Shown: positions 29,224-38,926, counted from the stretch's first letter. The stretch: DNA of 64,000 bases from Candidatus Poribacteria bacterium (GCA_963668035.1 OY764073.1:4743308-4807307), one strand, 5' to 3'. The notes: generated by a model not told the origin, from the sequence alone. A program made the numbers and translations.

Positions 29224-30783
29224 CTACTCGATATTTACAACGAATTCTCCACTCCGTGCACAGCATATACTGTCTTTGACAATAAAGCATTCAATCCAAT
29301 GGACACCTTTGTATCGGGTACTTTCTTTCCGTATCGCACCCTCTGTTTCAATAGTGCCTTGGTAGAAGCCTCCACGAAGCCCATTTTCTTTATATGCCTC
29401 GGGTCCAGTATTTACAACTTGCCAATGAACTTTGTAAGGTCTCGGGACATTCGTTTTTGCCTCAAACCGTAATGAACAGGACTTCGGTAATGGTGTTGAA
29501 TCACTTTTGATTTGCCATGGCCGGAATCCTTTTCGAGAAACTGTCCCTGTAATTGTTACTTGCCCATTTGGAATCACGGGCCATTTTGGTTTCTGCCGAT
29601 GAGACACATTAAAACGAGTCAATTCCCAAGAGAGGCTTGCGGCAAGCGTAGAACCATAGTGGATCTTTCCTTCAGAGAGATTTCGCATTGCTTTGTCGAC
29701 AATTTGTTCTCCCAAGTGCGGTTTTAGTGATTTCCTAACGCTCTGGATATCACTGATTTCTAACGCGTAGGTTAGATCTAACTGTGCCTGTTTAATCCAA
29801 TCCATGAAACACTCCTTTCGGATAGGATGTTCCTGCCATTTATCGGCAAAGTTCTCAAGTGGATTTACTGGATTGCGTATGAGAGTCATGCCATTATCAT
29901 CACGTTTAATATGCTTATGCATGTTACTTACGACATTTAACAGGGCTTCTTGAAGGTCGGCTTCGTTGTTGTAAGCAAGAGCGGCGAGTGTCGTAATGAT
30001 GATAGAAATCGGTTTAGCCTTTTCATCGTAATGAGATTTGTTTTCTTCAAACCAGATGTCACGGTGTCGTTTTAATATCTGAATTGTTCGCTGAAGTGGC
30101 GTTTTGATTTTATACTCCGGAACATCCTCAACTCGCAGTTGAATCGATTCAGCAAGAGACTTTCGGATCGCGTTGAATTGAATTTCCATACAATTTTTGA
30201 ACCATTCTGCATATCCCTTTGGATTACTACAAGGCCAGTCTGGATGGATTCGCATGTAATTAGGATAAGTCCTATCGGTGATGGCAATCGCGAAATCTGA
30301 CCAGTTAGACTTTGGATAACCTTTTGATTCAAGAAGTTGTCTGAATGACTCTGAGTCTGGAATCGCGGGCAAAATATCCATGTGGAATTGGACATCATCA
30401 GCGTAATGAAGCGTCCAACAACGTCGCCCTTCTTCTGCTGGCGAATTCATGTTGCGCGCGTTAGCATAAAGCTTGATTTCCTCACCAACTAAATTCTTTA
30501 GATATGCTTGGCTAATTGTGTTTTTCTGAAGACTCAACTCGCTGACAAGGTCTATGTCATACTCCTCGGCATCGGAAATAGGTTTAGTGACCGTACCAAG
30601 TAGGAACGAACCTTGGGGATAAACTTCGGGATTGTCCTGAACAACTCCAGATTTATCCCGTTCAAGCCAATCACCGATAGATTTATAGCGTTCTACGGCA
30701 CGTTCGTAATAACTTGTAGGGATATCCAATGCATCAGATATAGCTTCAAGCAGTGGACTGAACTGTTCTGAATAAATGTGCAT
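29224..30783 (-). CDS. cGAS/DncV-like nucleotidyltransferase (CD-NTase, 519 aa)
   Basis: PQGSFLLGT is the GS motif, EEYDIDLV the DxD motif and a later DVQFHMDILPA supplies the third Asp. The gene lies between capV and cap5. Confidence 0.65.
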   Translation of the reverse strand: MHIYSEQFSPLLEAISDALDIPTSYYERAVERYKSIGDWLERDKSGVVQDNPEVYPQGSFLLGTVTKPISDAEEYDIDLVSELSLQKNTISQAYLKNLVGEEIKLYANARNMNSPAEEGRRCWTLHYADDVQFHMDILPAIPDSESFRQLLESKGYPKSNWSDFAIAITDRTYPNYMRIHPDWPCSNPKGYAEWFKNCMEIQFNAIRKSLAESIQLRVEDVPEYKIKTPLQRTIQILKRHRDIWFEENKSHYDEKAKPISIIITTLAALAYNNEADLQEALLNVVSNMHKHIKRDDNGMTLIRNPVNPLENFADKWQEHPIRKECFMDWIKQAQLDLTYALEISDIQSVRKSLKPHLGEQIVDKAMRNLSEGKIHYGSTLAASLSWELTRFNVSHRQKPKWPVIPNGQVTITGTVSRKGFRPWQIKSDSTPLPKSCSLRFEAKTNVPRPYKVHWQVVNTGPEAYKENGLRGGFYQGTIETEGAIRKESTRYKGVHWIECFIVKDSICCARSGEFVVNIE

Positions 30784-30799
30784 ATTTCAAAATTCCTTC

Positions 30800-31735
30800 T
30801 TATTTATGGAAAGCATTGAAGGGTTCAGTGGGATTACGCAAAAAAACCTCGCGGAGTTTAGGCAACGCGTGCCGAGCTTGAAACGTCCCAAGACCTTTCA
30901 AGGAGTCAATTTCTTCTATTCCGTCCAAACTAAATTTCCCTTTGGACACATCTTCGTCAATTCTGATGATGTTATCGTGTCCTGCAAGAAGTTGTGCTGT
31001 TCCGAGAGACGCACTAGATTGTGCATGCATAAATACATCAAGAAGCTTAAATGCCCAATATGATTTACCGAGCGGACTTTTTCGTCCTCTGTTAACGTTC
31101 AATGGCTCAGTGGTACAACCTAAACTTAAGACCTTTAGAGAATCCCTCGGCCAGTCAAGCACCGTAATTGCCTCAACAACAGACATTCCAACAGGGTTAT
31201 TTGCCCATACACCGCCATCTATCAAAGGAGTTCCAACAGGAGAACGATGAGTGGGAAAGTAAGTTGGAGCGGCAGTGGCTGCTAGAGCTACATCAACTAC
31301 TTTTTCCTTGTAGTCTGTTTCTAATCGTGGATGATGGGCAGTTTTGTATATGCGAACTTTGCCGTTCTCAAGATTTAACGACGGAACAACGAGCCGATTC
31401 CTACTATCGCCCAGTTTCTTATCACCGAAACAGGTTTCTAATGCTTCCTTAAGCGGAGCACTACTATACTTAGTAGTCCCAGGCCACCTGAATTGACGGA
31501 TCCCACGGTTTCCACCAAAGATGACAGGGCCAAACTCCTCGTAAAAATTTAATAATTCCTTTGCAGACAACCCTAGACCTAGACCAAGGGCAATAATTCC
31601 ACCTGTTGAGGTGCCAACGATTAGGTCGAAATAATTCGCTACATTGTCCCCAATAGTATCTTCAACAGTAGCGAGAAAAGATGCGGGACACACGCCCTTA
31701 ATTCCACCACCGTCAATTGTTAGAATCCGTTTCAT
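30800..31735 (-). CDS. capV: Patatin-like phospholipase (CapV-like CBASS effector)
   Basis: DGGGIKG oxyanion motif, GTSTGG serine-hydrolase motif and DGGVWANNP (Asp of the dyad) are present. It sits 16 bp upstream of the CD-NTase gene, as in capV-dncV. Confidence 0.8.
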   Translation of the reverse strand: MKRILTIDGGGIKGVCPASFLATVEDTIGDNVANYFDLIVGTSTGGIIALGLGLGLSAKELLNFYEEFGPVIFGGNRGIRQFRWPGTTKYSSAPLKEALETCFGDKKLGDSRNRLVVPSLNLENGKVRIYKTAHHPRLETDYKEKVVDVALAATAAPTYFPTHRSPVGTPLIDGGVWANNPVGMSVVEAITVLDWPRDSLKVLSLGCTTEPLNVNRGRKSPLGKSYWAFKLLDVFMHAQSSASLGTAQLLAGHDNIIRIDEDVSKGKFSLDGIEEIDSLKGLGTFQARHALPKLREVFLRNPTEPFNAFHK

Positions 31736-31884
31736 CAGTTTACCTCCATTTACAGAGAGGTCATTTGGAAAAAACTAATTGATTTTCTTGCGATTTCATT
31801 AATTTTTGGAATCTTTAGTCAAGTGTCACAAGAGCCGGATATGGTCCCGCTCTTCCAACGACGAAAACCAACTGGCTCTGATTG

Positions 31885-32193
31885 TTAAGGTTTCCTTGGT
31901 TTTGTGACAACCAATTCAAATTCTCTATTCTCTCGTTGAGCGGCACTACGTCTGAACGTGGAATGCTGCTCTTGATGAGCATCAACAGTACTGGGAGTTT
32001 CAACCTCAACAATCTTGGTTCGATTCCTTCGTGTTGCCAGAATGTCAGGAATTCTTCCATTGTTACCGATTGGATCCGGCTGATCGAAATTCGGTAGATC
32101 AGCCTGAACTTTCCACCCTTTTTCTTTAAGCTCTTTTGCAAGAGTCCGAACTCTATTATCATGGGTGGATTGGTTTCTACTTTGCCTCCTCAT
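31885..32193 (-). CDS. Small PD-(D/E)xK (Hjc/restriction-endonuclease-like fold) protein leading the CBASS operon
   Basis: ELKEKGWKV...RIPDILA...KIVEVET matches the Hjc-like motif order (PDI..A ... hEVE). The overlapping ORF 31815..32162 on the same strand looks non-protein-like. Confidence 0.35.
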   Translation of the reverse strand: MRRQSRNQSTHDNRVRTLAKELKEKGWKVQADLPNFDQPDPIGNNGRIPDILATRRNRTKIVEVETPSTVDAHQEQHSTFRRSAAQRENREFELVVTKPRKP

Positions 32194-32254
32194 TGCAAAT
32201 CCTCCTATTTGTAGGGTAAGATATATGTGTATATAATACCATTAATAAATTCAT

Positions 32255-32281
32255 GTGTCAAGGAAAATTTAAAATTTGACA
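32255..32281. promoter_or_regulatory. Palindromic candidate operator GTGTCAA-N13-TTGACAC in the AT-rich divergent promoter region
   Basis: A perfect 7-bp inverted repeat lies in the ~310-bp, very AT-rich gap between the CBASS operon start (32193, minus) and the HTH-peptidase regulator start (32507, plus). Confidence 0.4.
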
Positions 32282-32506
32282 CTTTTTAATTGGAAAATTA
32301 TTACTCTTATATTTTTGTATTATATTTTAATTTTAATATATATTTTAATTTTTATTTAAACAATTATAATATATATTAAAAAATATGTCAAAAAATTAGG
32401 TGAATTCCCTAAAAAAAACCGATGTGTTTTTTGTCTTTACTTAAAAGTGTGTTTTCTGATATATTATATTTGCATGTATATTATCATTTGGGAGGAAGTA
32501 ACTGTC

Positions 32507-33745
32507 ATGAAATTAGGAGAGCGTCTTCGTCTCATTCGTAAAGAGAAAAAGTTGACCCTGAAAGATTTGGGTGAACTCGCGGATCTATCCGTGCCTTATC
32601 TTTCAGGTATGGAGCGTGGTGTTGTTAACCCTTCTGTAGAAACCCTACACAAAGTTGCCAAAGCTTATAATATGACAGTCCAAGACCTTTTTAGTGGTGT
32701 GGAAGAATTAGGGGAATCGACACATACTACGTATCCTACAGGATTTGAATCCTTTCTAAGGGACTTCGAGTCTAGTTATGAGATTATTAGTGATGACTGG
32801 AAAGAATTACTGCTAAAAATCAACTTTCGCGGCAGGCGGCCGTCCTCTCAAACGGAATGGCTTGAATTATATCTTTCTCTCAGACGAATTCTTTCACCCA
32901 AGGAGGAAAAGGTGAACGATCCGAAAAAGCATGTTATCAAATTGGTTCAGGATACTGTGAAAGAATATAGTTCAACTCAGTTGCCTAATTTTGGCGAAAT
33001 ATGCACTGGCTTGGGGTTAGATGTACAAGAAGTCTCGTTACCAGACGGGATAGACGGGATGCATAGAGGAAGAATAATTTTTATTAATTCCCAGATTCAG
33101 AATGAAGAGCGTAAGCGATTTACCCAATTTCATGAAGTCACACATTATTTGATTGAGAAGGATGGAGATATAATCTCTGATCTTCACGATACTACTTGGA
33201 ACCAGGATGATGGATACGAAAGGCAATTAGAACAGTTTTGCAATATTGGTGCGGCTGAGTTTTTGATGCCTAGGAAAATATTCGCGGGACTCTATAAAGA
33301 AAGGGAGTTTAATATTGAACTGATACCATATGCTGCGCGTTACTTTGGGAGTTCGACAACAGCGACAACTATACAACTTGCTCAAGTTGCCCCAAATTCG
33401 TGCATTACTGCTGTTTGTGAATTAATAGATAGTGATGCAGAATCGTCGCAAACTCGTCTTTCTGGCGCAAAGGATAACTCCACCAAGCAAAAATTGCATG
33501 TAACCTATTCTGCCTCGGCCCCCTCAACTAAATATTTGTTAGCAAAATACACAGAGATTCCTGGGGACCATCTGATCAATCAAGCATTTTCGCAAAGCCA
33601 ATCGGTTGGAGGGGAGAGTTACGTCCCCTTTCGAAGCGGTAAGAAAATGCCTTGCTATTGTGAAGCTTTGGCAGATGGTGATAGGGTTTATGTATTATTT
33701 CATTTGACACCCCCACCGGACCCTAACCAAATGTCATTGTTGTGA
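32507..33745 (+). CDS. Fused XRE-family HTH plus ImmA/IrrE (M78) zinc metallopeptidase regulator (CapH-CapP-like)
   Basis: ATG 32507 follows GGGAGGAAG. The N-terminal HTH is LTLKDLGELADLSVPYLSGMERG. The central HEVTHY (HExxH) lies in an ImmA/IrrE-like context. It is divergent from the CBASS operon. Confidence 0.7.
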   Translation: MKLGERLRLIRKEKKLTLKDLGELADLSVPYLSGMERGVVNPSVETLHKVAKAYNMTVQDLFSGVEELGESTHTTYPTGFESFLRDFESSYEIISDDWKELLLKINFRGRRPSSQTEWLELYLSLRRILSPKEEKVNDPKKHVIKLVQDTVKEYSSTQLPNFGEICTGLGLDVQEVSLPDGIDGMHRGRIIFINSQIQNEERKRFTQFHEVTHYLIEKDGDIISDLHDTTWNQDDGYERQLEQFCNIGAAEFLMPRKIFAGLYKEREFNIELIPYAARYFGSSTTATTIQLAQVAPNSCITAVCELIDSDAESSQTRLSGAKDNSTKQKLHVTYSASAPSTKYLLAKYTEIPGDHLINQAFSQSQSVGGESYVPFRSGKKMPCYCEALADGDRVYVLFHLTPPPDPNQMSLL

Positions 33746-33792
33746 TCATATTCCACTACACTAGTAGATAGTCACAAATTACTCCCACTGAC

Positions 33793-36750
33793 TTAATCAA
33801 CATACCAACTCGGAAAAGGGGTACCCTTCAGTTTAAGCTTCGCCAACTCCGCGTCAAGATCACACTTAGACTTCTTCCCGCCGTGGATACTTGGTTCAGC
33901 ACAGAGCATCTCGCGTAGCGTTTGCATTGACTCCAAAACGTTAGCACTCGTAATTCCTAACACCTTAGTTAACAGACCGCGATCCAATTCTTTGCGTACA
34001 GGGTCGTGGTTACATTCGTTAAGAGGCAACATCCGCTTATATTTTAAGCGTTCAAAGAGTGCCTCAGCGTTTGCTAACGCTGCATCCGAAAGTTCACGCA
34101 CATCCAGTGTCGGCAGACTACTTAAGGTTTTTAACCTCAATTTCCCGCGTCCAGCAGTCTGTTTGCCGCTGTGCAACCAGTGGCAGAAGAGTCCTAAGGT
34201 TGAATTGCACCACAGGGTCCATGGAATTTCATGCCGTGGATTTTCAAAAGCCACGTTCGTTATTAGGGTTGGACCGATAGCAGGTTTCTCAGTGAAAAGA
34301 GCCATTATTGAACAAGCGGTGAATCGCGGCACCATGTTGTAATGTGCTTTGCTATTTCGATCCATTCGCTTTTGCACCGCGATTTCGGCTTTGGGAAGGG
34401 GAATCGCGCGTGAATCTGGGAGGACGAGCATTGAGCGTTGGACTTCACTGTTTGCATTCCAGATACAAGGATACCCGTCGCTGTCAGGTTTATATCCGTT
34501 CTCTTTACGAAAGACACCTCTCACCTCAGCGAGGCCCAAAGTCGCAATATCTCCCACACGACAGATAGGAATTTTAATAATCGTTTCTTGTCGTTTTTGC
34601 ATCGGTAATTCTAATCTACCCCTTTTCAGGCGTTGTGCAGATTGGAGGAGTGCCATTGACTTGACGCGCGTTGCAACCCAGCCTTCATCTGCCGGTAATG
34701 GGCAATCGAGTGTATGTCCGAGGGTCTCCTCGCCGATCTTCATCGCATCGCCGCCGCTGGGAGTATCTTCTAACCGGTACGCCCCATTACTTCGGATGAT
34801 TCGGTTTGTAATCTCAAAAGCCTCAAGTAGACTCTGTGGACGTTGATTTAGACAGACAAATTTGCCACGCCCTGTGCTATCGCCTTTCCCCTTTGTTGCT
34901 ACAATGATACACTCCGCCATGTCCGTATCGGCAGAAAAAGCACAGTCAGTACCTTTTGCTTCAGCGATAGTTATGACAACTACATCGTGATATTCTGTTG
35001 CCCATAGATCACGGACCTTTTGCGAAGTCGGTGAGGCGAGTACCGTAGCAGGTAATATAAAACCCATCGTTCCGTTTCGTTTAAGCATCCTATCCGCTAA
35101 TTCTATAAAGTATGCGCTCAGACCTGCTTGTCCATCGGCAACCTGTGTTTTTTTCTTCCTGAGTATTGTTTGCATGATTTTTGTATATTCTTGAGGTCGG
35201 TCGCTGCCTTGAAAGGGGGATTTCGCGCCATCTATACCAGCAGGGTATGCGCCTGGTTTCGTAAAAGGAGGATTTTGAATAACGACATCAAATTTTCCGT
35301 ACGGAAAAGCGCGTTGAAGGTCAACTATCCTGTTTTCTTCGCCGCCGATCTGTTCAGCATCCGTATCAAATAACTTTATATCATCAAGCAATTCAAGTGA
35401 ACCAACTGCGTAATCACCGTTGTCTAATTTACCATAAGGTGCGGTGAGAATACGTGTTCCTCCCAATTTCATATCGGCATACCTACTTGCTAGGGCAGCA
35501 GCCGTTAGGTGTGTGGCATTCGGCATAACATCTGCACCAGCGATGTTTTCCTCAAGCATCTTTTGATGGATATCCCTACCGTTTCCGCCTCGCTGTTCGT
35601 ATAGGGTTAAAATACGTTGATATACACCATTGAGAAGCGCGCCTGTTCCACAAGCAAAATCCGCCACTTTCGGAAGCTTGCCTTTCGGCAGTTCAGGCAT
35701 CACGAGGGTTGATAACAACACCGCGCTCTCTGGTAGCGTATAGTTCGCCTTGAGGTATTTCCTATCGGTGATCAATTTTTGAAAGACTATGCCCGCGAGT
35801 TCATGGATTTGCGCGATGCCGGTGTCAACGAGGTCTTTTGCAGCTTCACACAGGAGCATTAAGATAGGCTTAACCAGTCTATCGTCGGTAGCCAGTGCTT
35901 CAACGAGATTAAGAGCATCTCCAAAGATCGGACGATAGTTGACCTTGAGAATCGTATTCCAGTCCGCGATAACATCCGCGTAATCAATTGTAGGTAGGAG
36001 TTGGCGGAGTGAACGGACCGATCCCATCTCCACTTTACCGGCGAGAGAACTCTGAAATACAAAGGCATCGGTGATAATTAGGGCTGCCATGCGGAGGGTT
36101 TGGATGTTCAGTTTTTCTGCTGTATCGCCATCTTTTTTAGAGAAAACCTCTTGCTGCAGAATTGTCTCAATTTTCGTACCAACGGCACGGTGTTCAGTGA
36201 TAGCGTTTTCAAGTAAGTAGGCTGCCTTGTTGACACTTTTTTCCATCTCTTCTGCTGCCTGTTCCAATTGCGCGTTTGGCATTGCGCCGACGTAGAGTGG
36301 ATTGGCGATGTCTTCTACCGTGCCAGTTGCCCATCCATTTTTTGGAAAGTGTCCGATGATGTCTCCGAAGGTACTAATGAGTTTATATTGTAGGTCATCT
36401 GCGGTGTTTAGTTGTGGTGTAATATCTTTTCCGCGCAGTGTTTTAAAACGGTCAGGATATAGAATCGCCATAACATTGTCGAGGGTTTTCGCGGCGGTAA
36501 AGTACTCCGCTTCCAATTCGTAAACAAGTCTTGATTCTGCTTGTTCGATGAGTTTTTTGGCATTGGTAGCAGTAGCGAATTTAGCCTCAATCCCGATGGG
36601 TTCTCTACCTCGCTCGATCACAAGCGCGTCAAGTTCGCTGTTGCCTTTGATGAAGGCATGGATAGCCGTTTCGACTTCCCAGTCGTGGCGCATGTTTCGT
36701 AGGATATTCACCAAGTGATTTGTAATTGTGGTTTCGTGTTGACTCGGCAT
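33793..36750 (-). CDS. Type IIG/IIL-like restriction-modification fusion enzyme (N-terminal PD-ExK-like nuclease region, gamma-class N6-adenine methyltransferase, C-terminal TRD)
   Basis: SAM motif I VADFACGTGALLNG precedes motif IV VIQNPPF. The N-terminal DALVIERGREPIGIEAK is a putative D...ExK. It is a 985-aa single polypeptide. Confidence 0.65.
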   Translation of the reverse strand: MPSQHETTITNHLVNILRNMRHDWEVETAIHAFIKGNSELDALVIERGREPIGIEAKFATATNAKKLIEQAESRLVYELEAEYFTAAKTLDNVMAILYPDRFKTLRGKDITPQLNTADDLQYKLISTFGDIIGHFPKNGWATGTVEDIANPLYVGAMPNAQLEQAAEEMEKSVNKAAYLLENAITEHRAVGTKIETILQQEVFSKKDGDTAEKLNIQTLRMAALIITDAFVFQSSLAGKVEMGSVRSLRQLLPTIDYADVIADWNTILKVNYRPIFGDALNLVEALATDDRLVKPILMLLCEAAKDLVDTGIAQIHELAGIVFQKLITDRKYLKANYTLPESAVLLSTLVMPELPKGKLPKVADFACGTGALLNGVYQRILTLYEQRGGNGRDIHQKMLEENIAGADVMPNATHLTAAALASRYADMKLGGTRILTAPYGKLDNGDYAVGSLELLDDIKLFDTDAEQIGGEENRIVDLQRAFPYGKFDVVIQNPPFTKPGAYPAGIDGAKSPFQGSDRPQEYTKIMQTILRKKKTQVADGQAGLSAYFIELADRMLKRNGTMGFILPATVLASPTSQKVRDLWATEYHDVVVITIAEAKGTDCAFSADTDMAECIIVATKGKGDSTGRGKFVCLNQRPQSLLEAFEITNRIIRSNGAYRLEDTPSGGDAMKIGEETLGHTLDCPLPADEGWVATRVKSMALLQSAQRLKRGRLELPMQKRQETIIKIPICRVGDIATLGLAEVRGVFRKENGYKPDSDGYPCIWNANSEVQRSMLVLPDSRAIPLPKAEIAVQKRMDRNSKAHYNMVPRFTACSIMALFTEKPAIGPTLITNVAFENPRHEIPWTLWCNSTLGLFCHWLHSGKQTAGRGKLRLKTLSSLPTLDVRELSDAALANAEALFERLKYKRMLPLNECNHDPVRKELDRGLLTKVLGITSANVLESMQTLREMLCAEPSIHGGKKSKCDLDAELAKLKLKGTPFPSWYVD

Positions 36751-37190
36751 AATGTTCCTTAGAATTGCTTTTAATGGTGCGTGGATCAGGTGCGGCTAGG
36801 AATACAGATCGCATTTAGGCAAAACAGCATCATAGCGTCAATTTAGCAACTATAAATATAAACATGTCGCCCCAGAGACATTCAATTGTACAATTTGGAT
36901 CTTGGTTTTGCTTTACATAAGTGAACGTTCTTGGGAAAAAATCGCGAGCACAGCTCGCTCCTACAGGCGAAAAAATTCACATATATAAAGTGAATAGGTA
37001 CAATTGAATGGCTCTGCATGTCGCCCCTACAGGGCTTGATTCTTTGCTCACAGACGTTGCTATAAACATACCGTCCCTACGGGACTAAAAAAGAATCGAA
37101 AGATTTCTGCCTGAAACCAGGGACGGTTAGGCATACAGATTGTACCTTGGCAAGTCGGCCGCAAAACCACACCTGCCGGGCCGAAAGTTT

Positions 37191-38030
37191 CTATACCGAA
37201 TAGAATGCCGAGGCGTTTTCGTAAAAGAGCCTGTTTTTCTCCGCATCCGATACCTCTTCAATAGCCCATGAGAGTGCGTCTACCCACTCCTGATATGTAG
37301 CCGCCAGCGTGCAGACGGGCCAATCACTCCCAAACATCAGTCGCTCATAACCGAATGATTCCACGAGGTGTCGGATGTACGGTTTGAGCTCCTCGCGCGT
37401 CCAATTCTCGCTTGCAGTCGTTACGATTCCCGATACCTTGCAGTGGACGTTCTCAAAAGCGGCGAGTTCACGGATATGGGTCGCCCACGGCTCAAATTGC
37501 CTGCCTTTTATATCGGGTCCCCCGCAGTGATTGAGTGCGTGCCGTACATCCGGTGTCGCTTTGACGAGTGCGATCGCCGCGGGCAGCTGCGCTTGGTTTG
37601 CACACAATTCAAATGAGAGATCAAACTTCGTCAGCAATTTCACACCCTTAATCAGTTCAGGACTCGCGTAGAACTGCGGATCGGGATGATGCCACGCCAT
37701 CCGGCGTACGCCCACGACGAGTCCGAATCCGACGAGCTGCGCAAGGATCGTCTCGGCGTTCGGTTTTTCCAACGGTGCTGCTGCCGCGATCGCGCCAATC
37801 ATGCCATCTGTCTCGGCGATCTGCGTTAACCACGCGACCTCTTTGACGACCTCTGTTTCAGCGGGGTCACCTTCAACGTGGACAGACTTGACGACGTTAA
37901 GGTCGCCAATTGCTTCGCGATAGTCTTGCGCTGTATACTGCTTCCTCAGTAGGTCAAATCCGTCTAACCAAGGGTATTCCAAATTAGTGGTATCCCAGAG
38001 GTGTTGGTGTGTATCAATTATTTTAAGCAT
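37191..38030 (-). CDS. Amidohydrolase-2 family metal-dependent hydrolase (TIM barrel)
   Basis: The N-terminal IDTHQHLWD metal-binding motif is present. Length is 279 aa. Confidence 0.65.
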   Translation of the reverse strand: MLKIIDTHQHLWDTTNLEYPWLDGFDLLRKQYTAQDYREAIGDLNVVKSVHVEGDPAETEVVKEVAWLTQIAETDGMIGAIAAAAPLEKPNAETILAQLVGFGLVVGVRRMAWHHPDPQFYASPELIKGVKLLTKFDLSFELCANQAQLPAAIALVKATPDVRHALNHCGGPDIKGRQFEPWATHIRELAAFENVHCKVSGIVTTASENWTREELKPYIRHLVESFGYERLMFGSDWPVCTLAATYQEWVDALSWAIEEVSDAEKNRLFYENASAFYSV

Positions 38031-38220
38031 CTATCTTTCCTCATTTTCTGCAGGTTAGGCACGTTCTTACGGCAGAGTATAGCACGGGATAGCATAGATG
38101 TCAAATATAGTTAGCCGACGCTAAAAATGATTTGAATTTCACAGAAATATCTCGTATAATTTCCTTAAGCCAATAGATATTCAAGAACAAGAATAAAAAC
38201 AGAGTTTGGAGGTGTTTATC

Positions 38221-38919
38221 ATGTTTTGGGCTTTAATTGACCCGCTCTATATTATTATTCTCGCGCCCGGTCTGGCATTGTCTCTCTACGCGACGTTTCG
38301 CACAAAATCGACATTTTCAAAATATTCACAAGTTGGTTCGCTGAGTGGGATGACAGGTGCGCAAGCAGCTGCCCACATGCTAAAAAGACACGGCGTTACC
38401 GATGTTCGGATCGAACGTTCAAGCGGCTGGTTAAGCGACCACTACGATCCGAGCCAGAAGGCACTCAGGTTGTCTGACGATGTCTATTCCAGTCAATCGC
38501 TCTCTGCGATAGGAGTCGCCTGCCACGAGGCTGGACACGCGATGCAGGATGCACACGGCTATGCGATGTTAAGTCTACGGACTGCACTTGTGCCTGCAAC
38601 GAACTTCGGTTCAACTTTCGGGTATATTGCAATGATAGCAGGATTCATTCTCCAGGTGGCAAATCTGATTTTCGTAGGTGTATGCCTATTTGCGGTGGGT
38701 GTCGTTTTTTCGTTGATAACGCTGCCTGTTGAGTGGGATGCAAGCAGGCGTGCGAAAATCGCGATGGACGAAGCAGGAATGCTCACCCCTGAAGAGAATA
38801 AACACGCGAGTAAGGTACTCAACGCTGCGTTTCTGACGTATCTCGCGGCGGCAGTGACAAGTATCCTCACATTGGCGTATTACCTGATACGGATGGGTGT
38901 GTTAGGCGGGGACGAATAA
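38221..38919 (+). CDS. Membrane-associated putative neutral zinc metallopeptidase
   Basis: HEAGHAMQ (HExxH) is flanked by transmembrane helices. ATG 38221 follows GGAGGTG. Confidence 0.65.
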   Translation: MFWALIDPLYIIILAPGLALSLYATFRTKSTFSKYSQVGSLSGMTGAQAAAHMLKRHGVTDVRIERSSGWLSDHYDPSQKALRLSDDVYSSQSLSAIGVACHEAGHAMQDAHGYAMLSLRTALVPATNFGSTFGYIAMIAGFILQVANLIFVGVCLFAVGVVFSLITLPVEWDASRRAKIAMDEAGMLTPEENKHASKVLNAAFLTYLAAAVTSILTLAYYLIRMGVLGGDE

Positions 38920-38926
38920 TGATTTG

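Noticed and set aside
29107-29472. 121-aa plus-strand ORF starting in the cap5/CD-NTase intergenic gap
   Set aside because: It runs antisense into the CD-NTase gene, has no RBS and is Cys/Ser-rich. It is likely spurious.
31815-32162. 115-aa minus-strand ORF overlapping the Hjc-like small gene in another frame
   Set aside because: It is Leu/Ile/Ser-rich with no recognisable motif, whereas the 31885..32193 frame gives a PD-(D/E)xK-like pattern. Only one can be real, and the latter is favoured, though with low confidence.
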